From Phycisphaerae bacterium (lineage in GTDB: Bacteria > Planctomycetota > Phycisphaerae > Phycisphaerales > SM1A02), in NCBI GenBank assembly GCA_034439815.1, contig JAWXBD010000173.1:1874-65873 (forward strand): a stretch of DNA of 64,000 nt, written 5' to 3'. Below the pieces are notes generated by a model. The model was given only the letters and a program-made list of their open reading frames with translations. It did no database searches and was not told the DNA's origin. Positions 21,199-30,541 of this stretch are shown piece after piece; position 1 is the stretch's first letter, and every line of letters starts with the position of its first letter. The position numbers and the translations under genes were made by a program.

Positions 21199-21801
21199 TC
21201 ACGGAGTCGGCGCGGCGGCGGTGGCCCGATCGGCAGCACGATCCGCATACCACACAAGGTCGAGCTGAAGTGACGCTGCAGTCGGACCATCCTGACGAGT
21301 GAGGTCAAACGATTCAATCGCGACATCCGGAAATGCCGAACGCAAGGCCGCCATGAAGCGCACGCCGGCCGGTGTGCCACCACGCGCAACCATGCGCAGC
21401 GGCACGCGCACCGCCAGCGGCGTGTCCGTCGCTATCCCAGGTTCCATGCGCTCCACTTCCAATTCATGCGCCGCAGCGAGCTTCGCCAGTTCGCCTAACC
21501 GGGCATTCAGCGCCGTCGCCGGCTGCAGCCGGACGGTCGACGAGGCGAGCTCCTGCTCCTGCGTGCGCAGTGTCGTATGCAGCGTTTCGCGCCGCTCGGC
21601 AAATGCGGCTACGTCCGCACGGACCGTCGCGAGCGCCGCGAGCAGGGAGCTGGACCGTGCCGATGCAGTCGCATACGGATGCACGCTGAAGACGTACCAG
21701 GCGACCGTCAGCAGCATGATTGCCGCCATGGCGCCCATGTGCACCGGACCACTGCCGTCGATGAAGCGTCGAGACCTGGTCATTGGCGCCATTCGGGTCA
21801 T
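21199..21801 (-). CDS. PilO/GspM-like pilus assembly protein
   Basis: 200 aa: short cytoplasmic N-terminus, one TM segment (GAMAAIMLLTVAWYVF), a coiled-coil region, then an alpha/beta C-terminal domain. The ATGA overlap with the PilN stop supports the operon position. Confidence 0.65.
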   Translation of the reverse strand: MTRMAPMTRSRRFIDGSGPVHMGAMAAIMLLTVAWYVFSVHPYATASARSSSLLAALATVRADVAAFAERRETLHTTLRTQEQELASSTVRLQPATALNARLGELAKLAAAHELEVERMEPGIATDTPLAVRVPLRMVARGGTPAGVRFMAALRSAFPDVAIESFDLTRQDGPTAASLQLDLVWYADRAADRATAAAPTP

Positions 21802-22385
21802 CGGGTTCCTCCGACGAGCAGCTCGCCGTCAATTGCAAACTCAATCGAGTCATCGCCGGTAGCCAGCATGGATGCGCGCGAGCTGGCGCGGATGAGCGAG
21901 ACCCTGCGAAAGATTCCGAAGCTCTCAAGCTGCATGACGAAGTCGGTAACGCGTCCGAGATCGCGCGTCTCGCCTTCGAGACGCAGTGAGAGCAGCTCCT
22001 GCTTTGTCGCGTCCGAGCGCGTCAGGGCCCAACGACGGAAGATCATCGTGTCAGGCCGGGCGGCGAGCACGCGCACCAAGAGGACACTCCAGTCGGGATG
22101 GTCGACCGTGGCGCGCGACGCGGCGATCGATCGCGATGCTGCGGCGACGCCGCGCTCGAGCTTCGAGATGTTTTCCTGAAGTCGCGCTGCCTCAGTCTGC
22201 AGCGCATCGATTTCACGTTGTGTCGCGGCCTGGTCTGGCGCAGGAAACATCCGCGCAACCGCGAGGGTGCAGCCGGTAAGCATTGCGGCCAAGACGGCGG
22301 CGAAGACGCCCCATCGTCCGAGCAGGCGCCGACGCGCGGCAGCAGCGCGTCGTCGCCAAGGAAGGAAGTTGAATGCAGTTTTCAC
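21798..22385 (-). CDS. PilN-like pilus assembly protein
   Basis: 195 aa, GTG start. N-terminal FNFLPWRRR motif (PilN INLLPW-type), one TM segment, coiled coil. 4-nt overlaps on both sides. Confidence 0.7.
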   Translation of the reverse strand: MKTAFNFLPWRRRAAAARRRLLGRWGVFAAVLAAMLTGCTLAVARMFPAPDQAATQREIDALQTEAARLQENISKLERGVAAASRSIAASRATVDHPDWSVLLVRVLAARPDTMIFRRWALTRSDATKQELLSLRLEGETRDLGRVTDFVMQLESFGIFRRVSLIRASSRASMLATGDDSIEFAIDGELLVGGTR

Positions 22386-23326
22386 GGTGCCTCCGTGCGC
22401 AGGGCCAAGCCAAGCGCTACGACCATCGACGGTCCGAATCCCTTGGTGTCGATCGATTGAAACTGCGCGAGGGGCGCGGCCAGGACGGGAACGACTTTGA
22501 TCTCCAGCGCCTCGTCGAGCGCGTTGGAGAGCGCCGCGACGTCCGCATCACTTCCGAGCAGGAGGACCCGACGCACGGTTTCCGATGGATGTCGGTGCAC
22601 GAGATATCCGAGCGTCAGACGTACCTCGGACACAAACGAGTCGACGGCGAAACCGCCCGTATCACCGGCGCACGCGCCGATGCCGTGCGGCGCGATCTTG
22701 CGCACGTAGCTGACCTCGCCCTTCTCAAGGACGATGAGCATCGCGACATCGCTCGAACGGTCGATCACCACTTCCACGTTCGGACCGGCGATACCGCGAC
22801 AGGCGCGGGCGATGGCGACCGGGCGCAGTTCAATGGCGTCAATGGGAAGACCGGTTTCGTCAAAGCTTCGCGCGAGAGCATCCGCCGTTTCGCTCACGAC
22901 CCCGGCGCCGAGCGACCGTGTGGCCGTGGCGGCGGCCGTCCGCTCCTGCGTCGACCACCACGCCACTTCGAGCGATGAGGGCTCGACTTGACGCATTCGT
23001 CCAAGCTGTTCCGCAACCATGTCGCCAAGTGGAGCACCGGAACTCACTGCGGGCAGCATGAGTTCCGCAAGCGTGACGTCGGCGTCGGGCATGCTCACAA
23101 TGAGCGGCGCATCGCGAAAGCCTCGCCGCGCCATGACGCGGACGAGCCGCCCGATTTCTTCGGTGACAGGCTGTCCCTGCAACTGACGCGGCAGCTCAAG
23201 AGCCGCAACGACACGTCGATCACCGCGGCGCAGCAGCTGCACGGCTGCCAGGCGCGTCGCACCAAGATCGATGCCGATCGGTCCCGCTGATCCGAACCCG
23301 GGATAAATGGTGCGACTGTGCATCAT
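22382..23326 (-). CDS. PilM-like actin-fold pilus assembly ATPase
   Basis: 314 aa. N-terminal IGIDLGATRLAAVQL (actin/HSP70-fold phosphate-1 motif). Size and position immediately upstream of PilN fit PilM. Confidence 0.8.
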   Translation of the reverse strand: MMHSRTIYPGFGSAGPIGIDLGATRLAAVQLLRRGDRRVVAALELPRQLQGQPVTEEIGRLVRVMARRGFRDAPLIVSMPDADVTLAELMLPAVSSGAPLGDMVAEQLGRMRQVEPSSLEVAWWSTQERTAAATATRSLGAGVVSETADALARSFDETGLPIDAIELRPVAIARACRGIAGPNVEVVIDRSSDVAMLIVLEKGEVSYVRKIAPHGIGACAGDTGGFAVDSFVSEVRLTLGYLVHRHPSETVRRVLLLGSDADVAALSNALDEALEIKVVPVLAAPLAQFQSIDTKGFGPSMVVALGLALRTEAP

Positions 23327-24531
23327 GACGCCCCTCCCCCTCCGGCCGAGGCCGCGACGTCAAAGAGCGGGAGAAAGAGGCTGATCGCGACGAAGCCGAT
23401 CATGATGCCGAGTACAGCGAGCAGCAGCGGCTCCACAGCCCGCGCTAGTCCCTTCACGGCAACTTCATTGTCCTCGTCGAGGTAACGGCCAAGCTGTGAA
23501 AGCACGAGGCCGAGGCGCCCCGAGCGCTCACCGCTCGCGACAGCCTGCCGCACCGCTGGCGGAATGCATCGTTCATCGTCGAGCACGCTCGCGAACGGTT
23601 CGCCGTGAGAGATCGCCATTTCGGCTCGGCGCAAGAGCGCGACGTATGCGGGATGACCCATGGAATCACCGGTCAGCTTGAGCGCGTCCAGGAGACTCAC
23701 GCGTGATTCGAGCAGCAGGCCGAGACACCGCACGAGCTGCGCTGTCGAGAGTGAACGCACGATGCCGCCGACGATCGGCATACGCAGCGCCCAATGCGCG
23801 AAGGCCTGCTGGACCGAGGCGGTACGGATCAGCAGCACAGCGCCAACGACAATGCTGATGGCCGCGACACCCGCGATCATCCAGTGCTGCCGGATCGTCT
23901 CGCCGATATGCATCAGAAAGGCTGTGGTTGCGGGCACCGGCGCCTGAATGGCATCAAACATGGTTTGAAACTTGGGAAGTACGACGGTGACGAGTCCAAG
24001 CAGCACACCGAGCGACGCCACGATGACGACGACCGGGTATGTCAGGGCACCGACCACCGCTTTGCGCACGCGACTTTGCCGTCGATAGAGATCGGCGAGA
24101 TCGCCGAGCATGCGATCGAGAATGCCCGCCGACTCGCCCGCTGCTGCCATGGTCCGGCAGATCGGATCGAACACGGTGTTCATGGCGCCCATCGCATCAG
24201 AGAGCGCGGCGCCTTCCTCGACGCGACGGCGCAGCTCGCCGATCGTCGCCTGCCACTTCGCATCATCCGCCTGCCGTTCGATTGCCACGAGCGCCTCGAC
24301 GAGCGGTGTGCCGGTGGTGACGAGAATCGAGAGCTGGCGCAGCATCGCCGCCAGCCGCTCCTTGGAGACACGCCGCGTGGGCGCCGCCGATCGCTCGCCC
24401 CCGGTGGTGAGTCGCGTTGCAAAGATGCCCTGGCCGCGCAGCTGTGCCCGCGCGGTGGTTTGATCCGACGCCGTGATGACGCCGTTCGTCGCCTGTCCCT
24501 CGACTGTGAATCCCTCGTAGGCGATCTTCAT
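23323..24531 (-). CDS. type II secretion system F family platform protein (PilC/GspF)
   Basis: 402 aa with two T2SSF repeats, e.g. LAAMLRQLSILVTTGTPLVEAL and LVRCLGLLLESRVSLLDAL, and three TM segments. Confidence 0.92.
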   Translation of the reverse strand: MKIAYEGFTVEGQATNGVITASDQTTARAQLRGQGIFATRLTTGGERSAAPTRRVSKERLAAMLRQLSILVTTGTPLVEALVAIERQADDAKWQATIGELRRRVEEGAALSDAMGAMNTVFDPICRTMAAAGESAGILDRMLGDLADLYRRQSRVRKAVVGALTYPVVVIVASLGVLLGLVTVVLPKFQTMFDAIQAPVPATTAFLMHIGETIRQHWMIAGVAAISIVVGAVLLIRTASVQQAFAHWALRMPIVGGIVRSLSTAQLVRCLGLLLESRVSLLDALKLTGDSMGHPAYVALLRRAEMAISHGEPFASVLDDERCIPPAVRQAVASGERSGRLGLVLSQLGRYLDEDNEVAVKGLARAVEPLLLAVLGIMIGFVAISLFLPLFDVAASAGGGGAS

Positions 24532-26342
24532 GCGGCATCCTTCGTGCTGTCATTCGCATCCCGGCTCGCCTGCAGCGGCACGCTGCGCACACGCGGGATG
24601 TCGACGCGGAGGTTTCCGACAGCGCTGATGTCCTCTTCGTCGTAGCGCGTGACGCGCAGCACTTCTTCAAGGCTCGTCTTGCCTTCGAGTGCAAAGCGCA
24701 CGCCCTCGTCGCGCAGTGTCGACATGCCTTCGCGCCGCGCCAGCGCCCGGATCTCGTGCGCCGGCGAGCCCGCGTACACCAGGCGCTGCATCGGCGTCGT
24801 GACTTCGAGCACTTCGTAGATGCCGATGCGCCCACGGAATCCGCTGTCGTGACACTGCCGGCAACCAGCGCCCTTGCGAAACGGCTGCCCCGCGGTTGCG
24901 AGCAAGCCAGCGTCCGTGAGCACCTGCTCGGACGGAAAGTACTTGGTGATGCAGTTGGCACAGATCGTCCGCGCCAACCGCTGCGCGACGACGCCGGTGA
25001 GGGCACTCGCGAGCAAGTAGCTCTCGATGCCCATGTCCGCGAGTCGCGCAGGCGTGCTCGGAGCGTCGTTCGTGTGCAACGTCGCCATGACCAGGTGGCC
25101 GGTGAGCGCCGCCTGCACGGCAACGCGCGCGGTTTCCTGATCGCGGATCTCGCCGACCATGATGATGTCGGGATCCTGACGCAGGATGCTGCGCAGCGCG
25201 CGGGCGAATGTCAGGCCGACGGCCTCCTGCACTTGAATCTGGTTGATGAGGTCCAGCTGATACTCGACGGGATCTTCGACCGTCACGATGTTGACTTCCG
25301 GACTGCGAACGAGATCGAGCGCCGAATACAGCGTCGTGGTCTTGCCGCTTCCGGTCGGACCGGTCACGAGCGCCAGTCCGTGCGGCTGCTTCAGCACTCG
25401 CTCGAACGTGGCGAGGCCAGACGGTCCGATGCCAAGATCGCTCAGTCGCACGCGCAGATTCGCCTTGTCGAGCAGACGAACCACGACTTTCTCGCCGAGC
25501 AGCGTCGGCATGCTCGAGATGCGCAAGTCGATCTCGCGCCCTTCGGCCACGATGCGCACGCGGCCTTCCTGGGGAAGACGCTTCTCAGCGATGTCCATGC
25601 GGCCGATCACTTTGACGCGCGAGATGACCGCCGCGTGCAGTCCTGCAGGAGGACGCATAAGTTCGCGCATAGAACCGTCGATGCGATAGCGGATGCGCGT
25701 GCCGCGCTTGTCTGGCTCGATGTGAATGTCGCTGGCACGATCGCGTACTGCCGTCAGGAACGCGACGTTGACGAGGTTGACGATCGGGCTGCCCTCGATC
25801 ATCTTGTCGAGATCGGTGACCGGACCTTCGTCCTGCGCCTCGCGTTCGATGACCTCGACGTCGGATTCAGCAAGCGAGGTCAGGAACGCATCGACACTCA
25901 CCTGTCCCGATGCATACTTGCGAATGAACTCGCGGATGTTCGCCTGCAGCGCCAGGACAGGACGAATGTGACATCCCGTCAGCTGCTGCAGCCGGTCGAT
26001 CGTGCTGAGTGACTGCGGCTCCGCCATCGCCACGGTCAGCGTGCCGCGCACACGAAAGAGCGGCAGCGCGCGAAGGCGCTCGGCTTCTTCGGCGCCGATC
26101 AGCATCAGCAACGGCGGATCGATGAGCCCATGGCGTAGATGCACCGAAGCGACGCCAAGGCAGGTTGCCAGCGTCTTCAAGAGCGTGCCGACCGCAACGA
26201 GTTCCTGCTCGACGAGCAGCTCGCCGAGACGGCGTCCCGTCGTGCGCTGACTCAGCAGCACCTGATCGAGCTGGGCCGCAGTGATGGCGCCGGAGCGCAC
26301 CAGCTCCTCGCCGAGCCTGAGCTTGGCAGCGCCTCCGCTCAC
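24528..26342 (-). CDS. GspE/PilB-family type IV filament assembly ATPase with an N-terminal MshEN/T2SSE_N domain
   Basis: 604 aa, GTG start. Walker A VTGPTGSGKTT; Walker B IIMVGEIRD; His box TGHLVMATLHTN; tetracysteine CANC...CRQC. The N-terminal tandem RLGxxLV motifs are described in findings. Confidence 0.95.
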   Translation of the reverse strand: MSGGAAKLRLGEELVRSGAITAAQLDQVLLSQRTTGRRLGELLVEQELVAVGTLLKTLATCLGVASVHLRHGLIDPPLLMLIGAEEAERLRALPLFRVRGTLTVAMAEPQSLSTIDRLQQLTGCHIRPVLALQANIREFIRKYASGQVSVDAFLTSLAESDVEVIEREAQDEGPVTDLDKMIEGSPIVNLVNVAFLTAVRDRASDIHIEPDKRGTRIRYRIDGSMRELMRPPAGLHAAVISRVKVIGRMDIAEKRLPQEGRVRIVAEGREIDLRISSMPTLLGEKVVVRLLDKANLRVRLSDLGIGPSGLATFERVLKQPHGLALVTGPTGSGKTTTLYSALDLVRSPEVNIVTVEDPVEYQLDLINQIQVQEAVGLTFARALRSILRQDPDIIMVGEIRDQETARVAVQAALTGHLVMATLHTNDAPSTPARLADMGIESYLLASALTGVVAQRLARTICANCITKYFPSEQVLTDAGLLATAGQPFRKGAGCRQCHDSGFRGRIGIYEVLEVTTPMQRLVYAGSPAHEIRALARREGMSTLRDEGVRFALEGKTSLEEVLRVTRYDEEDISAVGNLRVDIPRVRSVPLQASRDANDSTKDAA

Positions 26343-26674
26343 AGGAAGCTCCTGACCGCGGCATTGACGTCGGGATAGAACTCAAAGAGACCGACGATGC
26401 CGGTGACGACGAGCGCTTCGCGCACAGTGTCGGCGGGCTGACAGATCTTGAGCGCCCGTCCGCTCACGCTGAGCGCATCGGCCACATCAAGCAGCGCTTC
26501 GAGTCCGTCGCTGTCAGCGAATGGAATGCCGCTGGCGTCGATGATCACGCGGCCGCGCCGGCGCACCGTTGCCTCGATCGCGGCATCGCGGAACATCTTC
26601 GCGTCCGCGCCGCTGAGCGGCCCTTGCGGGACAAGCACGCTCACAGCTCCAGTGACAGTTTCGGCGATCTGCAT
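26339..26674 (-). CDS. STAS domain protein (anti-sigma-factor antagonist family)
   Basis: 111 aa. VIIDASGIPFADSDGLEALLD matches the SpoIIAA/RsbV-type DxSxVxxxDSxG region. The stop overlaps the PilB GTG start (GTGA). Confidence 0.85.
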   Translation of the reverse strand: MQIAETVTGAVSVLVPQGPLSGADAKMFRDAAIEATVRRRGRVIIDASGIPFADSDGLEALLDVADALSVSGRALKICQPADTVREALVVTGIVGLFEFYPDVNAAVRSFL

Positions 26675-26698
26675 CGGTTTCCTCTTGCCCTCTCCGGG

Positions 26699-28600
26699 TT
26701 ATGCAGCGGCGCTGGCGCTCTGGCGAAGTGGCACGGTCAACGTGAAGGTCGAGCCCTTGTCGATTGCAGAACGCACAGTGATGTCCCCGCCGTGCAGCCG
26801 CGCGATCTGCCGCGCGATGGGCAGACCAAGGCCCGTGCCCGCGATGCCTTCCACGCGCTGATCTTTCGAGCGGTAGAAGCTGCGGAACACCAGTTCCTGT
26901 TCGTCGTCGCGGATGCCGATTCCGGAGTCCGTGATCTCGAACCGCACGTCTTCGGGACTCGTCTTCACCGTCATTGAGACCGAGCCGGACTCGGGCGTGT
27001 ACTTGAGTGCATTGCCAAGCAGATTCGCCAGCGTCATCTGGATCTTGTCGCGATCCCCAGTGAGCTGCGGGAACTTCGGCGGCAACCGGAACTCGAGCCC
27101 GATCTTGCGTTCCGCGGCCTGGGCCTTGAAATCACGCTCGAGATCCTTGAGCATCGGCTCGATGCGCACATCGTCGGGATGCAGCCGAATCGTGCCTGCT
27201 TCAATTTCGGAGATAGACAGCATGTCGCCGACCATGCGCTCGAGCCGGCGGGTTTCCTGATTGATCACGTCGAGACAGCGCGAGCGCGACTCGGTGGTTT
27301 GATCCTCGTCTTCAATCAGCTCGTCGACATAGAGGCGCACGTTCGTGAGCGGCGTGCGCAGTTCATGCGTTGCCTGCGCGACGAACGCATCGCGCGATCG
27401 ATCGGCGAGCCGCTGCTGCGTCACGTCCTCAAGCAGGAGCAGCGCGCCGCCGGCCGACGAGGCGATACTTCGGATAGAGAAGCGCAGAATGCTCTCGTCA
27501 GCGGCCGCGTTGGAGTCACTCTGCATGTCGCCGACTGCATTGGCGAGCGGCACTTCAAGCGTGGCCCGCGCGCCGGCTTCGCCGCCGGCGGCGCGTTTCA
27601 CTGCGGCAATCAGTTCACCGTCGCGCAGAATCTCGTCCATCGCACGGCCGAGCGCCGTTTCGCGGCGATTCCCGAGCAGCAGCGCGGCGGCACCGTTCAT
27701 GTATCGAACGCGGTGCGCGATATCCGTCACGATGACGCCATGCCAGAGCGCATCGCACACGCCAAGCGCATCCCCGTCGCTTACGCAGACAGCGCCGGCG
27801 GGCGCCTCGTGACCAGGAGCATGACTTGCAGAATCGAGCCGCGGCAGGAGACAGTTCCACGCGGGAGCGAGCGGTCCGAATCGGTCATCGATCTTGAGCG
27901 CATCGGTATGCAGTTCACCCGCAGCTGCGGACGCTACGGATTCCGCCACAGCGAGGACATCGCGCATGGCGCGACGCGTGGTGAGACCGACCAAGAGGAC
28001 CGCGGCACTGATGCCGAGGCTGACAAAGAGCGCGTTCAGCAGCGAGTCCGCCTGCTGCAATGGACCTTCGAGCGTCGTGGCAAGCACGAGCGTGAGCGAG
28101 CGCCGCCCGTCAATGGCGACCGGCTGGCGAATCGTCAGAACGCCGTGTTCGTCCACGGAGCGCGCAGCAACAAGGCCGGTGCCTCCTCGCGCATCGACTG
28201 GCCAGGGATCCGGCAGAGCCTTGGCGGTGACGCGCGACGGCACCAGATCGGCAATCACCGTGCCGCCCGGCAGCTCGAGCCGGCATTCGTCGGCGTCGGT
28301 GTCCTGTCCGAGCGATCCGATCAGTCGACGGGCGCCGGACAGATCTTCTGCGGCGAGGAGCGATCCGGCAGCGTCAGCGACGGTCATCACGTAGCCGTTC
28401 ATCCCGGCGACGGCGGCATCACGAGCAGCTGCGGCAGATGAGTCGGCGATCCACCACGTCGCGGCGCCAGCGCCGAACCCTGCAACGACGGCGGTGAGCG
28501 CGACGTAGCGAAGTAACGGCGTCGAACTGAAGCGCAGGCCTTGTCCTCGTGGGTTCACTGCAGCAACTCCCCCGAAAGATGGACCCCCCCGGCGCGGCAC
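26699..28600 (-). CDS. membrane sensor histidine kinase (periplasmic loop, PAS-like region, HisKA, HATPase_c); no receiver domain
   Basis: 633 aa with two N-terminal TM segments. H-box ATHELRTPLTNV; N-box LGNALKYT; G1 DSGIGI; G2 GTGLGLPIA. Confidence 0.9.
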   Translation of the reverse strand: MPRRGGPSFGGVAAVNPRGQGLRFSSTPLLRYVALTAVVAGFGAGAATWWIADSSAAAARDAAVAGMNGYVMTVADAAGSLLAAEDLSGARRLIGSLGQDTDADECRLELPGGTVIADLVPSRVTAKALPDPWPVDARGGTGLVAARSVDEHGVLTIRQPVAIDGRRSLTLVLATTLEGPLQQADSLLNALFVSLGISAAVLLVGLTTRRAMRDVLAVAESVASAAAGELHTDALKIDDRFGPLAPAWNCLLPRLDSASHAPGHEAPAGAVCVSDGDALGVCDALWHGVIVTDIAHRVRYMNGAAALLLGNRRETALGRAMDEILRDGELIAAVKRAAGGEAGARATLEVPLANAVGDMQSDSNAAADESILRFSIRSIASSAGGALLLLEDVTQQRLADRSRDAFVAQATHELRTPLTNVRLYVDELIEDEDQTTESRSRCLDVINQETRRLERMVGDMLSISEIEAGTIRLHPDDVRIEPMLKDLERDFKAQAAERKIGLEFRLPPKFPQLTGDRDKIQMTLANLLGNALKYTPESGSVSMTVKTSPEDVRFEITDSGIGIRDDEQELVFRSFYRSKDQRVEGIAGTGLGLPIARQIARLHGGDITVRSAIDKGSTFTLTVPLRQSASAAA

Positions 28601-28754
28601 CGCTGCAACAGAAGAGCGCAGCGTCTCCGCGACAGGAAGAATCTACTCAGCGGCTATCGGCGGTCGGACACCTTTGATTCAGTCCACTTGCCTGCTTGGA
28701 GAGGTCCGCTTGGGATGGGTCCGCCGGATTGGAGCGGTTGCACGTGCGGTGTCG

Positions 28755-30035
28755 TCAGGGGGCAGGGAGCGGCTGCGACACGCTGCCCGACTTGAGTTGC
28801 CAGGTGGTGGAGGTGAATCCCGGCGCTGGCGCAACGAAGCACCACGGGTCAGGTTCCGTAATGAGCGTGCCGCTGACCGTGAGGTTTCCGCACACAACGA
28901 ATGTCGCCGTCCGCAGCCTCCCGCTCACGACCGCGTCGCCGGTGACGAAGACCATGCCGTCGATGCCCGGCGTGTACGTGTCGCTCGTGTCGGTATCCCA
29001 CCCGCCCCCGACAAACGGGTACGGTGTTCCCTGCGGCGCAAAATTGACGTTCGTACCGGAGGACTCCGACAAGACCGTGCTCGTGGTGCTGAACGTCATG
29101 TTGCCGCGCACAATCAGGGTTGGATATCCGTGCACAGCAGGTTCGAACACGATGCCGCTGCCGATGAATGAGCCGGCACCCGGATCGAGCAGGATCAGCG
29201 TTCCGGCAACGCGGCAGTTCGCAATGGAGACTCTGCGGCCCGCGCAGTTGACGACGTAGATGCCCGATGTGTTCAGCGTCCCCGTTGGATTCGAGCGCGG
29301 CGAGGCGAGGAGTCGCGAAAGCGCGAACGCACTCGTTCCCGTCGGAATGATGTACGTGGTGCCGCTTGCAATGAGCGTGTCGATCGCGCTGGCCTCGGGA
29401 AAGGCGACCAGCTTCGCTGCGTGGTCCGCCGCGCTTTTCACAGTGTTTCCGACGGCGTTGGACTGCTCGACGTCCCCTGCGACAGTTCCTCCGCCCGCGA
29501 CGTCCAGTTGCGCTGCGATCCCCTCGCCGCTCGGGATCGACACCGTCCCGCTGCTCGTGACCGTCAGCACCTTGCCGACCGCGAGCGCTTTCTGAAACGC
29601 GCTGTAAGGCCTCGTGACCGCGATTGCCTGGCCGACGATGCGGCGCTGCGCGAGTCCCACCGTTGCCGTGGAGTCGATCACGGCCGGTTGGAATTCATTC
29701 ACGCCCACCGCCGGAGCGGAGTTCGCGATCGTTGCGGTCAGGCTCTCGCGCCCGGAGGCGCTGCTGAGCGTGGCCGTGGACGGCACGGTGCCCCCCGCGT
29801 AGGCAACGTGGCGATTGAGCGCAGCAAGCCCCCACGCGAGCCCGCTCCGCGCGAGCACCCGCGCCTTCGCCACATCCTCCTGATCGCGACCCGCGTGCAT
29901 CAGTGCCTGCGATGCGAGGAGCGAGCCGGTCGCAACGGCCGCGAGCAAGAGCGACAGTCCGACGGCAAGCACATACGCCGTGCCGCGACATCGGTGACGG
30001 TAGCTGAGCGATGCACGGCGTCGATGATGTGTCAT
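28755..30035 (-). CDS. large minor pseudopilin-like protein (GspK/PilX-like position), hypothetical
   Basis: 426 aa. The N-terminal hydrophobic helix GTAYVLAVGLSLLLAAVATG lacks Glu+5, as in GspK-type proteins. It is the last gene of the H-J-I-K-like string, and its ATG overlaps the upstream stop. Confidence 0.5.
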   Translation of the reverse strand: MTHHRRRASLSYRHRCRGTAYVLAVGLSLLLAAVATGSLLASQALMHAGRDQEDVAKARVLARSGLAWGLAALNRHVAYAGGTVPSTATLSSASGRESLTATIANSAPAVGVNEFQPAVIDSTATVGLAQRRIVGQAIAVTRPYSAFQKALAVGKVLTVTSSGTVSIPSGEGIAAQLDVAGGGTVAGDVEQSNAVGNTVKSAADHAAKLVAFPEASAIDTLIASGTTYIIPTGTSAFALSRLLASPRSNPTGTLNTSGIYVVNCAGRRVSIANCRVAGTLILLDPGAGSFIGSGIVFEPAVHGYPTLIVRGNMTFSTTSTVLSESSGTNVNFAPQGTPYPFVGGGWDTDTSDTYTPGIDGMVFVTGDAVVSGRLRTATFVVCGNLTVSGTLITEPDPWCFVAPAPGFTSTTWQLKSGSVSQPLPAP

Positions 30036-30541
30036 TCGCGGGTGACCAGCATGGTGCGGGTAAGCAGCGGCCGACCGAACCGCAGCGTGGTGATGGTGAT
30101 GCGCTTGAGCCCCTGATCGGTGCCCGAGCCCACGAGAGGATCACCCATGGTCACAAAGCCCACGGTGACTTGCATGCTCCAGCCGGACGCAGCACTCTGT
30201 TCGATTGGCAGTCCTGACCACCCGTGCGCGTCGTCCACGTCGTCCCAGGCGAGCGGACTCGTCGCGCTCTCGCCGGAGTCGGCGCCCAGCGCAGCCGACG
30301 GTGTTGTCGGATCGGCGAACGGCAGCATGACGAGATAATTCATCATGGTGTCCGTGAGTGCGGTCGCCTGCCGCACGTTTTCCGCTGTCTGCGCGGTCTT
30401 CGCGGCGGCGGTCGCCGCTTGCATGCAGGCAGCCGTCGCGACCGCGGTGACGAGCAACGCGATCGACACTTCCACGAGTGACATGCCGCGGGCGGGCCGT
30501 GGCCCTGCGAAGCGCGTCGACCTCGTGCCGACGTTGATCAT
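30032..30541 (-). CDS. minor pseudopilin (GspI/PilV-like) with a prepilin-type N-terminus
   Basis: 169 aa. ...RPARG followed by MSLVEVSIALLVTAVATA, with Glu at +5. Confidence 0.7.
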   Translation of the reverse strand: MINVGTRSTRFAGPRPARGMSLVEVSIALLVTAVATAACMQAATAAAKTAQTAENVRQATALTDTMMNYLVMLPFADPTTPSAALGADSGESATSPLAWDDVDDAHGWSGLPIEQSAASGWSMQVTVGFVTMGDPLVGSGTDQGLKRITITTLRFGRPLLTRTMLVTRE

